A stretch of 60,330 nucleotides of DNA from a virus (IMGVR_UViG_3300025120_000051:1-60330); one strand, 5' to 3'; positions 1 through 9,000 are shown, counted from the stretch's first letter. Numbers and translations: made by a program. The notes: a model not told the origin generated them from the letters alone.

Positions 1-1624
1 TAAAAGATATTCTTATTGTTGACGTACTTGCAGCTCCAGCAAAAGTTTTTCTTTCAATAAGACCTATAACTGTTTCTTTAGTTGATGAGTCAAACATTTC
101 TACTAAAACATCTTCAGTACCTAAATCGTGTACTATAGCAGCTTTTTTACCTGATACAAAACTAGAGTTAGATACGTCTATTGTTGAGTGTACTGATCTA
201 GCAGCTAACGTGTCAGGAGTTAATACCTTAGAAGCTTCAACACCAGCTATTGCTTCGGCAGCATTTGCTAGTTTAGTAATACCAAAAGTACTAGCATCAG
301 CTGTTGGCAGTGTTCTTGTAGCATGAGCTGTAATAACACCATCAGTCATTGTTAATGTGTCAATAACATCTACACCTGAAGTATCAATATCAGTGTCAGT
401 ACCTATTTGCGTATTATATGTACCAGAAGCTTGTTTACCATTTATTTGCGTTTGGATATCTGATGTTACACCATCTAAATAGTCAAACTCAGTTGATGTC
501 ACTCCTGTAGCTCTTAAATCTTTAGCGTAGTTTAAATCGTTGTGATCACCAGTAAAACCATCTATTTTATTTATTTCAGCAGGAGTTGCTGATATTGTTC
601 CACCAGCAGCGTTCGCTAAAAGAGCAACGTGACCAGATAAATTTGGTAGTGTTATTGTTTTATCACTACCAGTTGCATCTGAAGCAGTAAGTTTTATTTC
701 ATGAGCATCATCTGTGGTACCTTCAAATTGTATTGTATTATTTTCTACAACTTGTACAGTTTCATTTTGTACTGTTTGCGTTCCAGAAACTATTAAGTTA
801 CCAGGAATCGTGAATGTATCAGAAGAATCACCAATTGTACCAGCACCACCAAAACTAGCGTTTAACGCTGTTTTAACGTTTGCAGTATCAGTTACATCCG
901 CATTGTCTTCAACAGACTCTACAGTTGTTTTATGTGCGTTTGTGAAGCTATTTGCTGTTTGAGAAGCTACTGAAAAATTTAACTTTCCAGCACCAACACC
1001 ACCGTCAGTGTAAGTTACACTAATACCACTTTCAGTACCACCAGTTACCATACCACCAACGATATCTTGAACCTCTTCGTTCGTTAGTTGATGTGTATCA
1101 GTCCAAGGTACGTTTATAACACCTTTACCATTACTATCAACTTGCAAGCCGTATGTTCTACCATTTACAGACGTAGGATCAGCGGCGGCATTTACTGCTT
1201 GTACTGTAGAGCTAAATAGCTTTATTGTACCAGCACCCGTAGCACTTGCTGCGCTTGGAGCAGAACCAGTAATAGTTATTTCAGCATCACTAGCTCGTGA
1301 CACTGTTACGGTTCCAGCACCTGAGAACTTTATGTCATCAGTAGTATTTGATCCAGTTGTTGGAGTACCTGTTAATCTTAATAGTATACCCGAAGAATCT
1401 ACTACAGATTGTGAGAATACCGTATTGTCATCACTAACATCGGTAGATAGCGTTTTAAACCCTGTGTTACCAGTCTCTGCGCTATAGTACTTTAATTTGT
1501 GATCACCGGAATCGTAGTAAAACGCACCGGCTGCAGCGGTAGGAGCAGTGCCCGTAACGTGCATTTTAACATTTTTTAATTCCTGTCCACTTAAGTCCAG
1601 GTCATGGAGAAATTTAATTGCCAT
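1..1624 (-). CDS. Tail fibre / structural protein (3' end runs off the window)
   Basis: Not in ORF track. ATG at 1624 (MAIKFLHDLDLSGQELKNVKMH...); both ends translate in one frame as G/T/S/A-rich sequence typical of fibre proteins; co-oriented with upstream structural genes. Confidence 0.7.
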   Translation of the reverse strand, partial: MAIKFLHDLDLSGQELKNVKMHVTGTAPTAAAGAFYYDSGDHKLKYYSAETGNTGFKTLSTDVSDDNTVFSQSVVDSSGILLRLTGTPTTGSNTTDDIKFSGAGTVTVSRASDAEITITGSAPSAASATGAGTIKLFSSTVQAVNAAADPTSVNGRTYGLQVDSNGKGVINVPWTDTHQLTNEEVQDIVGGMVTGGTESGISVTYTDGGVGAGKLNFSVASQTANSFTNAHKTTVESVEDNADVTDTANVKTALNASFGGAGTIGDSSDTFTIPGNLIVSGTQTVQNETVQVVENNTIQFEGTTDDAHEIKLTASDATGSDKTITLPNLSGHVALLANAAGGTISATPAEINKIDGFTGDHNDLNYAKDLRATGVTSTEFDYLDGVTSDIQTQINGKQASGTYNTQIGTDTDIDTSGVDVIDTLTMTDGVITAHATRTLPTADASTFGITKLANAAEAIAGVEASKVLTPDTLAARSVHSTIDVSNSSFVSGKKAAIVHDLGTEDVLVEMFDSSTKETVIGLIERKTFAGAASTSTIRISF

Positions 1625-1645
1625 TTTTGTTTGTTTGTTTAGTTG

Positions 1646-2374
1646 TTAGTTTGCGTATACTATACCAGAATTTAATGTGGAAAAGAATACTTTTGAGTTA
1701 TTTTTGTTTGTATGTGAGTAAGGTACGATTGCAACATCCCCAGTACTTATCTTTACAGCTATTGTTGGAAATTTACCTAAGTTATGAGGTATTGCTAATT
1801 CATATTGGTTATTTACAAAACTTAAATCACTTGTGGAAAAAGTTTGTTCATACTCTTTATCTTGAGCCCCTGAGTATAATGTTACGTTATAATACACTCC
1901 AGTTATAAAACCTAACCCAGAAGAATCGTTATTACTATTTAAGTGGTTAAGTGTTAAATTATAAAAATCAGTACTACCAACTTGGGATATTGCCGTAACT
2001 TTATATACAGCAAATATGTTTTGGTCTTGGATCTGACTTATTACTATTTCTTTTTCTAAAAACGTATTTAAAACAGTTAGAGTATTTTTCGTACCATTGT
2101 TAGGAAATGCACTAACTTGCAGCGAAACGTTTGATGTTGGAAAAGGTCCAGTAGGAGTATTATTGTTGTTGTCTTTTAAGTTACCTGCCTGTAAGCTTGT
2201 ATGGCTATATTTGTAAGGTATATTTGAGTGCACACCTAATACGTTGGTTTGAGATAAAAAAGCACCAATATTATCTAAAGAGTAGTTTCTTGTTCCACCA
2301 CTTGAATCAGTACCTATTAACTTATCACCTCTGTCAGGAGTAGCGTCTTGACTGTAGTTTTTTATTCTAGCCAT
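1646..2374 (-). CDS. Tail-associated structural protein
   Basis: N-terminus (D..P...DKLIGTD..GGTRNYS) resembles the N-terminus of the 24365-27427 fibre; C-terminal HNLGKFP beta module. Confidence 0.55.
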   Translation of the reverse strand: MARIKNYSQDATPDRGDKLIGTDSSGGTRNYSLDNIGAFLSQTNVLGVHSNIPYKYSHTSLQAGNLKDNNNNTPTGPFPTSNVSLQVSAFPNNGTKNTLTVLNTFLEKEIVISQIQDQNIFAVYKVTAISQVGSTDFYNLTLNHLNSNNDSSGLGFITGVYYNVTLYSGAQDKEYEQTFSTSDLSFVNNQYELAIPHNLGKFPTIAVKISTGDVAIVPYSHTNKNNSKVFFSTLNSGIVYAN

Positions 2375-2829
2375 TATTTAGATATTTTTTTGAATTTTTC
2401 AGCTCCACGAGAACCAAAATAAGCTACGTACACTGTTACTAGTAATGTTTGTAATAAATCTACCCAACCTTCACTAACACCAAATTGCCAGTCGAAACTA
2501 TCCATAACTATTAATATAATCATAGATACTGTTAAGAATATTAAAGACATTGGGCGTGTATTTTTACTTAACCATGAATCGCTTTTCATGTCGCTGGCCC
2601 AGCGCTTACTTACTTCTTGCATCTCAATCATATCCTGTTCTAATAGTTTTAATGCTTTTTCTTTATCTTCTGGTGGTAACACTGTATCTGGCTCGTTTTG
2701 TATTAGGTTTTTAACCATACCTAAAACACCAGCGTCTGGTAGTATATCACCAGCAACGCCTATTATACTAGGGGCTACTTTAGATAAAAAAGCACCTACT
2801 TTAGTTTCAGAGAATTTTTTCTTTGCCAT
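2374..2829 (-). CDS. Holin (GTA-type 3TM holin-like)
   Basis: RWxxDMxSDSWLSKNTRP motif followed by two hydrophobic helices and YFGSRGAEK. Confidence 0.7.
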   Translation of the reverse strand: MAKKKFSETKVGAFLSKVAPSIIGVAGDILPDAGVLGMVKNLIQNEPDTVLPPEDKEKALKLLEQDMIEMQEVSKRWASDMKSDSWLSKNTRPMSLIFLTVSMIILIVMDSFDWQFGVSEGWVDLLQTLLVTVYVAYFGSRGAEKFKKISK

Positions 2830-2951
2830 TACTTTTTGGGTTTAGTGTGTGTGTAACCTTTTTTCTTTAACTCTAAATGTTTCTTATAAGTAGCCGCTTT
2901 AACTCCTTTAGAACCTTTATACATCATGTGTACTTTGAATTTTTTTGCCAT
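2829..2951 (-). CDS. Small basic protein, 40 aa (MAKKFKVHMMYKGSKG...)
   Basis: Fills the gap exactly, with 1-nt stop/start overlaps on both neighbours. Confidence 0.7.
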   Translation of the reverse strand: MAKKFKVHMMYKGSKGVKAATYKKHLELKKKGYTHTKPKK

Positions 2952-3391
2952 TATCTTTCACTGTCTTTTATCATATCATCTATAGCTTTATTATAAACTT
3001 TATCTGTGTATGATTTATTATTAAAAAACTTGCTTCTTTCTGAAGTAGGTAGATCTTCTTGAGCAAGCATTATTCTATATATTCTACTTATTAACTGACT
3101 ACATTTAAACGATGTTTTAAACACGTTGTACTTTATCGTAGTTCTATTACGATGCATGAAGGTTTCAATCCAACCTTCTCGCTTTAATCTCTCCCATCTG
3201 TTTTTATCCCAAGAATATGTATATACCCCATTTATAAAATCATTACGTGTGAATCTACCTTTGCAATCAAGGTATATTAACAACTCAAGATCTGCGTCTT
3301 TTAAATTATAAGTTTTACAGGCCCATTTTCTAATAAGCCTGTAATACTTTAATAAATTTAATTCCCTAACGTCTGAAGCATCTAGTCTCAT
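2951..3391 (-). CDS. Putative winged-helix DNA-binding protein
   Basis: LKDADLELLIYL...RWERLKREGWIE pattern is MarR/wHTH-like. Confidence 0.45.
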   Translation of the reverse strand: MRLDASDVRELNLLKYYRLIRKWACKTYNLKDADLELLIYLDCKGRFTRNDFINGVYTYSWDKNRWERLKREGWIETFMHRNRTTIKYNVFKTSFKCSQLISRIYRIMLAQEDLPTSERSKFFNNKSYTDKVYNKAIDDMIKDSER

Positions 3392-3645
3392 TCAACTATA
3401 ACTACATCACCATTTTTAATTACATAAAAAACTTTATCGTCAAACTCTATAGAATGACCAGCATGCTTATCATACCAAACAATATCTTCTTTGTTTATAC
3501 CTACAACTTGCTCGCCAATACTTATAACCTTACCTTTTAAGTACCTAATGTCAGTATTCTGCAACTCTGTCATTACAAACCCTGATTTAGATTTAGGTTT
3601 TTCTTTTATTTTATCTACAACTATATAATAATTAACTGCTTGCAT
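3388..3645 (-). CDS. groES: Co-chaperonin GroES
   Basis: 85 aa; mobile loop KSKSGFVM, GKVISIG, DVVIVE; adjacent to groEL. Confidence 0.9.
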   Translation of the reverse strand: MQAVNYYIVVDKIKEKPKSKSGFVMTELQNTDIRYLKGKVISIGEQVVGINKEDIVWYDKHAGHSIEFDDKVFYVIKNGDVVIVE

Positions 3646-5197
3646 TGTTCACTCTTCTATTACTTATTATACAATCTGCAGACACTATAGTCTTTACTAC
3701 ACTCACTGCATGTTTGAGCGCCGTTTTTGTAACCAAAACCGGATCTATTATACCATTTTTAATCATATTTACTTCTTCACCAGTTATAACATCTATACCA
3801 TAACCATCTTTTGAAGGTATATGAGGTGTTATGCCAGCATTATCAAGTATTGTTCTAAACGGTGATATAATAGCTTTACTTAATATCAACTCTCCATCAC
3901 TACCTTCAACTATTGTTGTTGCAGCATTTAGCAGAGCAATCCCACCACCAGGTACGATACCTTCTTGCAAAGCTGCTTTAGTAGCGTATATAGCGTCTTC
4001 TACTCTATCTTTTTTTTCTTTTAACTCAACTTGTGAGTTTGCACCTACTCTAACAATACCTACATTACCTGATAATATAGCTAAACGTTCTTGTAGTTTC
4101 TTTTTCATGAAAGGATCTTTTTGTTTTTCTATAGTTTTTTTAACTATATTTATTCTATCCTTAAATTGTGCTTCTGACTTGTCTACTGTTAGTATTGTGT
4201 TTTTGTTATCTGTAACACACTTAACTGCTTCACCTAAGAAGCTAGTGTCAACAAGATCAAAATCATCACCTAAACTTTCATTTATCAACTTAGCACCTGT
4301 AACAACAGCTAAGTCCTCCATTGTATCTTCTTTTGTTGGTCCAAAACCTGGAGAATCTATTATGTTTAGCTTTATGTTACCTTTTACTTTATTAGCTAAC
4401 AAGGCTGATTTAGGTACTTCTTCGACCTCACCTACTATAAGTAGTGATCTTTTCTTTTTAATAACATGTTCTAGTATAGGTTGTATACTTCTTATGCTTT
4501 GTATTGGCGTCACAGCTAATAGTACATAAGGATTATCTAATTCAGCAACCTCTCTACCTTTGTCAGTTATTAAGTAATTCGATGTTAGTGGACATTTTAA
4601 TTGTACTCCATCTACTACATCAGCATAAGTTTTATCTGTTTGTGACTCTTCTAACAGTACTACACTGTCTTTACCCACTCTATTATATGCTTCAGATATA
4701 ATTTTACCTAAAACCTTATCGTTATTACAACTAATCGTGCTAACGTGTTCTAGCATTTTACCAGATACATCTATCTTTATTTGGTCTAAATAATCATTAA
4801 CTTTACTTAAACCAGCATCAATACCTGCTTTTATATCTCTTATGTTATCTTTACCTTGATATTTTTCAATTTCACTTAACAGCGAGTAAGCAAGGACGGT
4901 TGCCGTAGTGGTACCGTCTCCTGCTTCTTTCACTGTGTTTCTAGCAGCTTCTTTGATAAGTGTCGCGCCTATATTCTCAACCGGATCATATAAGACTACA
5001 GATTCTGCAACTGTAACTCCGTCTTTTGTAATTACCGGTTTTCCGAGGGCATCCTCGTATATTACGCACTTACCAGAAGCGCCAAGGGTAGATTGAACTG
5101 CGTTTGCTAGCTGCTCAACTCCCAACATTATTTTACTCTTAGCATTACTGCCGAAAGTCAAATCTTTTACAATTTCACTTGGTTGATTGTATTCCAT
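3632..5197 (-). CDS. groEL: Chaperonin GroEL
   Basis: ITKDGVTVA, AGDGTTTATVLA, EGIVPGGG and GIIDP motifs. Confidence 0.97.
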   Translation of the reverse strand: MEYNQPSEIVKDLTFGSNAKSKIMLGVEQLANAVQSTLGASGKCVIYEDALGKPVITKDGVTVAESVVLYDPVENIGATLIKEAARNTVKEAGDGTTTATVLAYSLLSEIEKYQGKDNIRDIKAGIDAGLSKVNDYLDQIKIDVSGKMLEHVSTISCNNDKVLGKIISEAYNRVGKDSVVLLEESQTDKTYADVVDGVQLKCPLTSNYLITDKGREVAELDNPYVLLAVTPIQSIRSIQPILEHVIKKKRSLLIVGEVEEVPKSALLANKVKGNIKLNIIDSPGFGPTKEDTMEDLAVVTGAKLINESLGDDFDLVDTSFLGEAVKCVTDNKNTILTVDKSEAQFKDRINIVKKTIEKQKDPFMKKKLQERLAILSGNVGIVRVGANSQVELKEKKDRVEDAIYATKAALQEGIVPGGGIALLNAATTIVEGSDGELILSKAIISPFRTILDNAGITPHIPSKDGYGIDVITGEEVNMIKNGIIDPVLVTKTALKHAVSVVKTIVSADCIISNRRVNNASS

Positions 5198-5227
5198 TAT
5201 ATTAAATTAAATTAGATTAGATTGATC

Positions 5228-5548
5228 TTACTCGAATGTTTTAACCACCATAGGTCCTTTTAAAAACTCTACTTTCTTAGCATAGTGATCGATGCTTCCA
5301 TCAATTGCAGCTTCTGCTCCGTCCATAGTTTCTCTTCTTGTGACATCAAGCCATTTTTCACAGCATGTGTCTTTTTCTGGTTCACACTGACAATCTATGT
5401 CTTTGTATTCCGTCTGATAGAAACCATTAGGTAGTTGTACAATCCTCCAGTTTTTCTTTTCTGCAAGGTGTTTCCAAAGTTTTATTTGGTCTTCGGTTAC
5501 TTGTGGTTGACTACTCCACGTGTTAGTCTTGTAATAAAAATACGTCAT
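5228..5548 (-). CDS. Hypothetical phage protein
   Basis: 106-aa ORF in operon with groEL; internal Cys-rich CQC...CC segment. Confidence 0.7.
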   Translation of the reverse strand: MTYFYYKTNTWSSQPQVTEDQIKLWKHLAEKKNWRIVQLPNGFYQTEYKDIDCQCEPEKDTCCEKWLDVTRRETMDGAEAAIDGSIDHYAKKVEFLKGPMVVKTFE

Positions 5549-5580
5549 TATTTAAGGTATTTAGTTTATCAGAGGTATGG

Positions 5581-5814
5581 TTATTCTTTCTTCGTACCGT
5601 GTCCTCTGTTTCCACGGTTCGCTTTTATACTTGTAAATCTCTTGGTTTTGTGATCGTAATCCTTGCCTTTTATGTTTTTACCAGCCTTAATAGCAGCACG
5701 TCTTTTACGTTGGTTTTCAGCTCTCATTGCTTTACGACGAGGACTGTTGGCTACTTTAAGATCTCTTTTCTTTTTAGCTGCTCGAGCCTTAAGACTTAGT
5801 TTTTGTTTAGGCAT
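5581..5814 (-). CDS. Basic protein with degenerate HNH-like tail
   Basis: K/R-rich; KDYDH...ANRG resembles a truncated HNH motif; first gene after the 5833-5860 promoter. Confidence 0.55.
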   Translation of the reverse strand: MPKQKLSLKARAAKKKRDLKVANSPRRKAMRAENQRKRRAAIKAGKNIKGKDYDHKTKRFTSIKANRGNRGHGTKKE

Positions 5815-5832
5815 AATATTTTTCTATATCTA

Positions 5833-5860
5833 TATAATTACATAGTAAAGCGAAGATTTA
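5833..5860 (-). promoter_or_regulatory. Putative middle/late promoter TAAA-N15-GTAATTATA
   Basis: Same motif and spacing at 15290(+), 30759(-), 60012(-), each just upstream of a co-oriented gene block. Confidence 0.65.
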
Positions 5861-5868
5861 ATAAAAGT

Positions 5869-5913
5869 ATGACACAAGCCTGTTACTAAGATATACTTAA
5901 AGGCTATTGTCAC
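5869..5913. repeat. 45-bp imperfect palindromic site, copy 1
   Basis: ATGACA...TGTCAC ends; reverse complement matches 13866-13910 at 34/45 positions without gaps. Confidence 0.8.
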
Positions 5914-6079
5914 AAAAAAATACGTTAGAAATGTTGAGGTTAAGGGTAGCGCCTACTCTTCACCGTAATTACTTCGTAATAAAAACGCAATATGTAAACG
6001 CCACGGGCCCCTTTTTTATGTGAAACACTGTAGAATTTTCACCTTTTACTTTATATTAATATTTATATATATATAATAG

Positions 6080-6111
6080 TACTATATAAATACGACTATA
6101 TGTGGATAATA
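6080..6111 (+). promoter_or_regulatory. Putative early promoter 1 (TAC-N5-AAATACGA-N8-GGATAATA)
   Basis: One of 7 co-oriented copies with invariant spacing. Confidence 0.8.
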
Positions 6112-6210
6112 ATAATATGAGAATAAATACTAATAATAATATAGAAGTTGTGAGAGTGTGCGCTGTACTACTAATACAATTCCAAATGTTAAACAAAGTA
6201 TATACTTTTA

Positions 6211-6242
6211 TACAATTCATTTACGAAGCATAATGGATAATA
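6211..6242 (+). promoter_or_regulatory. Putative early promoter 2
   Basis: TACAATTCATTTACGA-N8-GGATAATA. Confidence 0.75.
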
Positions 6243-6274
6243 ATAATGTAACAAATAATAAATAAATAATAACT

Positions 6275-6502
6275 ATGTCAAATTTAATTTCAAAGAGATT
6301 CGTAATAAGAAAATCTCTAATCGGTAAAAACCAAAACATCACTGTTAACTTCAAAAATGGTAAAACAGTAACTTACAATCACGATAAAGTGTATGAAGTA
6401 ATGAAGTCAAAACTAGAAACTATGAATTGTTTCGTTAAGTACAAATCTTACACTTCTTCAACTTCAATTCCAGTAATTGCAAGAGAATTAGTAAGTGCGT
6501 AA
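6275..6502 (+). CDS. Hypothetical early protein
   Basis: 75-aa ORF with A-rich leader downstream of promoter 2. Confidence 0.75.
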   Translation: MSNLISKRFVIRKSLIGKNQNITVNFKNGKTVTYNHDKVYEVMKSKLETMNCFVKYKSYTSSTSIPVIARELVSA

Positions 6503-6612
6503 GTACTACACAAAGTCGAGTTAGTTCCACTTGTTCCCTCGTATAATCAAATATGAATAAGTAAAAATGGTGACTCACCGAACCAGAATAGTACGCAAAC
6601 TGGTGAGATCAA

Positions 6613-6655
6613 TGTAGTAATGGTTTATGTGAGTTCGATTCTCACACTACAACTA
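6613..6655 (+). ncRNA. tRNA-minihelix-like element
   Basis: TGTAGT/ACTACA acceptor-like stem next to T-arm GTGAG-TTCGATT-CTCAC; 10-nt linker replaces D and anticodon arms. Confidence 0.55.
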
Positions 6656-6744
6656 TGAATTTTATAATAATAATAGCAACAATGATAGTACTACAATTAG
6701 TACACTTGTTCACAGGAATTAAGTCAAGCGACTTTACAAACTAA
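6655..6744 (+). CDS. Small hydrophobic protein, 29 aa
   Basis: MNFIIIIATMIVLQLVHLFTG...; below ORF-track cutoff. Confidence 0.45.
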   Translation: MNFIIIIATMIVLQLVHLFTGIKSSDFTN

Positions 6745-6753
6745 AATAATGAT

Positions 6754-6909
6754 ATGAAGAAAACGATAGAAGAAAAAATAGTAAAAGGTTTAGTAGTGTA
6801 TACTTTGTTAATAATAGCAATATTTACACTCTCATCATGCGGTAGTACTCAATATGGAATCTGCCCAGCGTACAGTAATCACAATACAAATACGACAGTA
6901 AACGGATAA
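6754..6909 (+). CDS. Small lipoprotein, 51 aa
   Basis: MKK... hydrophobic core, lipobox LSS-C, mature part CGSTQYGICPAY... Confidence 0.7.
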   Translation: MKKTIEEKIVKGLVVYTLLIIAIFTLSSCGSTQYGICPAYSNHNTNTTVNG

Positions 6910-6911
6910 TA
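6880..6911 (+). promoter_or_regulatory. Putative early promoter 3
   Basis: CACAATACAAATACGA-N8-GGATAATA. Confidence 0.8.
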
Positions 6912-6992
6912 ATAATATAAATAAATAAATATGTACGAAGCGATAGAACACTGGAAAGAATATATAAAAGAAAAACAATTAAATAATAATAA

Positions 6993-7127
6993 ATGAAAAG
7001 AAAATTTCAACACTTAGCAGTCAACACAATACTAATTGGATTAACAGCGATATTCGCTTTCGGTTTTGTAAACATACTATATCACTTAGTATTTAATAAT
7101 CCTGTAATAACTTACGGCGGATGGTAG
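6993..7127 (+). CDS. Small single-pass membrane protein, 44 aa
   Basis: MKRKFQH followed by a hydrophobic helix; below track cutoff. Confidence 0.55.
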   Translation: MKRKFQHLAVNTILIGLTAIFAFGFVNILYHLVFNNPVITYGGW

Positions 7128-7234
7128 AATTACTAGACAAAATAGCACAAGAAGAATATGGCGAGTTTGGTTTCACTACGTGTACTGACGAGCAACAACT
7201 AGAAATAATAACTAATAATTTAATAAATAAGTAA
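7121..7234 (+). CDS. Small hypothetical protein, 37 aa (..IAQEEYGEFGFTTCT..)
   Basis: Overlaps preceding stop; protein-like composition. Confidence 0.55.
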   Translation: MVELLDKIAQEEYGEFGFTTCTDEQQLEIITNNLINK

Positions 7235-7366
7235 TATGCAGTATATTTTAACATGCAATAACGGAAAGAAAATAGATATGTCACACTACATACTATTACA
7301 AATGGAAAAGAAAATAACTAGACAAGATGTTCTTGACAGAATAGAGTTCTATAAAAGTACAAACAA

Positions 7367-7579
7367 ATGAGATATAGTAAATCAAATATGAGTTGGGAAC
7401 AAGCATTTAAAGAATGTGCTGACTCAATCAACAAACACGCTTACGAAATGAAAGTAACTAATGAGTTATTTCCAAGAGAAGACGGTACACTATGGGTAAA
7501 CTGGATAGGTTTATCTCAACAAAATAGAGACAAAGTGTATAAACAATGTTACGATACAAATACGAATAAAGCAGGATAA
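7367..7579 (+). CDS. Hypothetical early protein
   Basis: ORF track; dense co-oriented packing. Confidence 0.7.
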   Translation: MRYSKSNMSWEQAFKECADSINKHAYEMKVTNELFPREDGTLWVNWIGLSQQNRDKVYKQCYDTNTNKAG

Positions 7580-7581
7580 TA
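7550..7581 (+). promoter_or_regulatory. Putative early promoter 4
   Basis: TACGATACAAATACGA-N8-GGATAATA. Confidence 0.8.
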
Positions 7582-7586
7582 ATAAT

Positions 7587-7769
7587 ATGAATAAATTAAA
7601 ACTAACAAACTACAGCATCGCAGGTATACCTCAAACAGCTATACTATCTATTAAAGATGAAATAATTACACTAAATTTAACTACAAACAGTAGCTACTGG
7701 GACAAAGAAATAAAGCAATACAGGTCACTATCTACTTTTTACACAATAAATAATAGAATATATGCATAA
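7587..7769 (+). CDS. Hypothetical early protein (possibly leaderless)
   Basis: ATG starts 7 nt after the GATAAT of promoter 4. Confidence 0.65.
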   Translation: MNKLKLTNYSIAGIPQTAILSIKDEIITLNLTTNSSYWDKEIKQYRSLSTFYTINNRIYA

Positions 7770-8013
7770 AAAACAAAAATACTTTCACGAATTATCTTTA
7801 TACGAGATGTTTAAGCAACATGATCACACTTATCAATACGCTGATGATCACTCTTACTGGAAACGAGGTACAGAGCAGAAAAGAATAATCAATGAAAAAA
7901 TAGAACAATCAGGTGGTTGGAATAAAGAAATGGTAGCAGAGTGGAACAAATTCTGTCCAAAACCAATGCAAATGTCAGAAGAATGGCTAGAAAACTACTT
8001 ATTAAAACAATAA
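7762..8013 (+). CDS. Hypothetical early protein (HDxxYxYxDD motif)
   Basis: ORF track; overlaps previous stop. Confidence 0.75.
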   Translation: MHKKQKYFHELSLYEMFKQHDHTYQYADDHSYWKRGTEQKRIINEKIEQSGGWNKEMVAEWNKFCPKPMQMSEEWLENYLLKQ

Positions 8014-8017
8014 ACAA

Positions 8018-8575
8018 ATGAGAACAATATATAAAGGCGATGCTCGCTATGAAAAAATCAAAGAGCAAATGGATCTACTAAGTATTACTGATGTAACTAC
8101 TGAAAGACAAGTGCTAAATGGTACGATAGTTTGGCGATTACCATACAAATCAAGAGGTAATTATGTAGAATATGGTGCTTTCGCAAGTGGATATGTAAGA
8201 AATCAAGGTAATCAGTGTCACTCTAATTGGCAAATCAACAAAAGATATGTTGGTGAACCTGAATATTATCCTGACTATGTATGGTGTGATAAAACAAATC
8301 AAAGTGTAAAAACAGGTAAGTTTAACAGGTTTTACAGTAAGAAATGTGTTACAATACCCATAGAAATTGACAGATTAGAGTATTTGATGAAGTATATTGT
8401 TAAAAATGAGTTTATCAAGCGTGCTAAAATGTTAGAAACAGATTTTGTACCAAAGTGGAAATATGATGACTTAAAAAACTCAGCAAAAGCTCTGGAGCAC
8501 GTTACTAACGCATACCATAGACCACCAAGTGAAGTAAAAGTGATAATAAATGGACATAGATATAACGTAATATGA
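8018..8575 (+). CDS. Hypothetical early protein
   Basis: 185-aa ORF, A-rich leader. Confidence 0.8.
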   Translation: MRTIYKGDARYEKIKEQMDLLSITDVTTERQVLNGTIVWRLPYKSRGNYVEYGAFASGYVRNQGNQCHSNWQINKRYVGEPEYYPDYVWCDKTNQSVKTGKFNRFYSKKCVTIPIEIDRLEYLMKYIVKNEFIKRAKMLETDFVPKWKYDDLKNSAKALEHVTNAYHRPPSEVKVIINGHRYNVI

Positions 8576-8682
8576 GTCCGTGGGAAATAGTAAAACAAGT
8601 AGCGGGTCACATTTATACTGATGAACAGATAGATGAGATGACTTTGGCAGAATGTGAAGAGATATTAACAGCAGAGTATTAA
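8572..8682 (+). CDS. Small acidic protein, 36 aa
   Basis: ATGA overlap with previous gene; MSPWEIVKQVAGHIYTDEQIDEMTLAECEEILTAEY. Confidence 0.55.
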   Translation: MSPWEIVKQVAGHIYTDEQIDEMTLAECEEILTAEY

Positions 8683-8819
8683 TAAAAATTAAAAAAAGTA
8701 ATTAACAAATGAAATTCAACATACAAGATAGAATAGTGCTATATTAACAGCAGAGTATTAATAAAAATTAAAAAAAGTAATTAACAAATGAAATTCAACA
8801 TACAAGATAGAATAGTGCT
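8662..8819. repeat. Perfect 79-bp tandem duplication
   Basis: 8662-8740 is identical to 8741-8819. Confidence 0.95.
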
Positions 8820-9000
8820 AGACGAAATGGTAGACACTTTCAAAACACAGATGATCAAGCATCATCACGAATCAGAGTTAGATGGTAAAAGACCAATAAT
8901 AACTAAAGAGTATTGGCTTCAAATGATAGACGAAGTACAGATTAAAATCGACAACTTCACGACAGTTAAAGCATTAAAACAAAGTAATAAATATAGATAA
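8788..9000 (+). CDS. Hypothetical early protein
   Basis: ORF track. Confidence 0.7.
   Translation: MKFNIQDRIVLDEMVDTFKTQMIKHHHESELDGKRPIITKEYWLQMIDEVQIKIDNFTTVKALKQSNKYR

Noticed and set aside
3831-5096. Long plus-strand ORFs opposite groEL, and similar antisense ORFs opposite other genes (e.g. 50209-50799, 40993-41364, 23620-24006)
   Set aside because: Antisense shadows of well-supported genes; S/F/L-rich with no leader.
4880-5160. Mildly GC-richer 5' part of groEL as a second overprinted gene
   Set aside because: The +1 frame I translated has several stops and the ORF track shows no same-strand alternative ORF, unlike the terL case.
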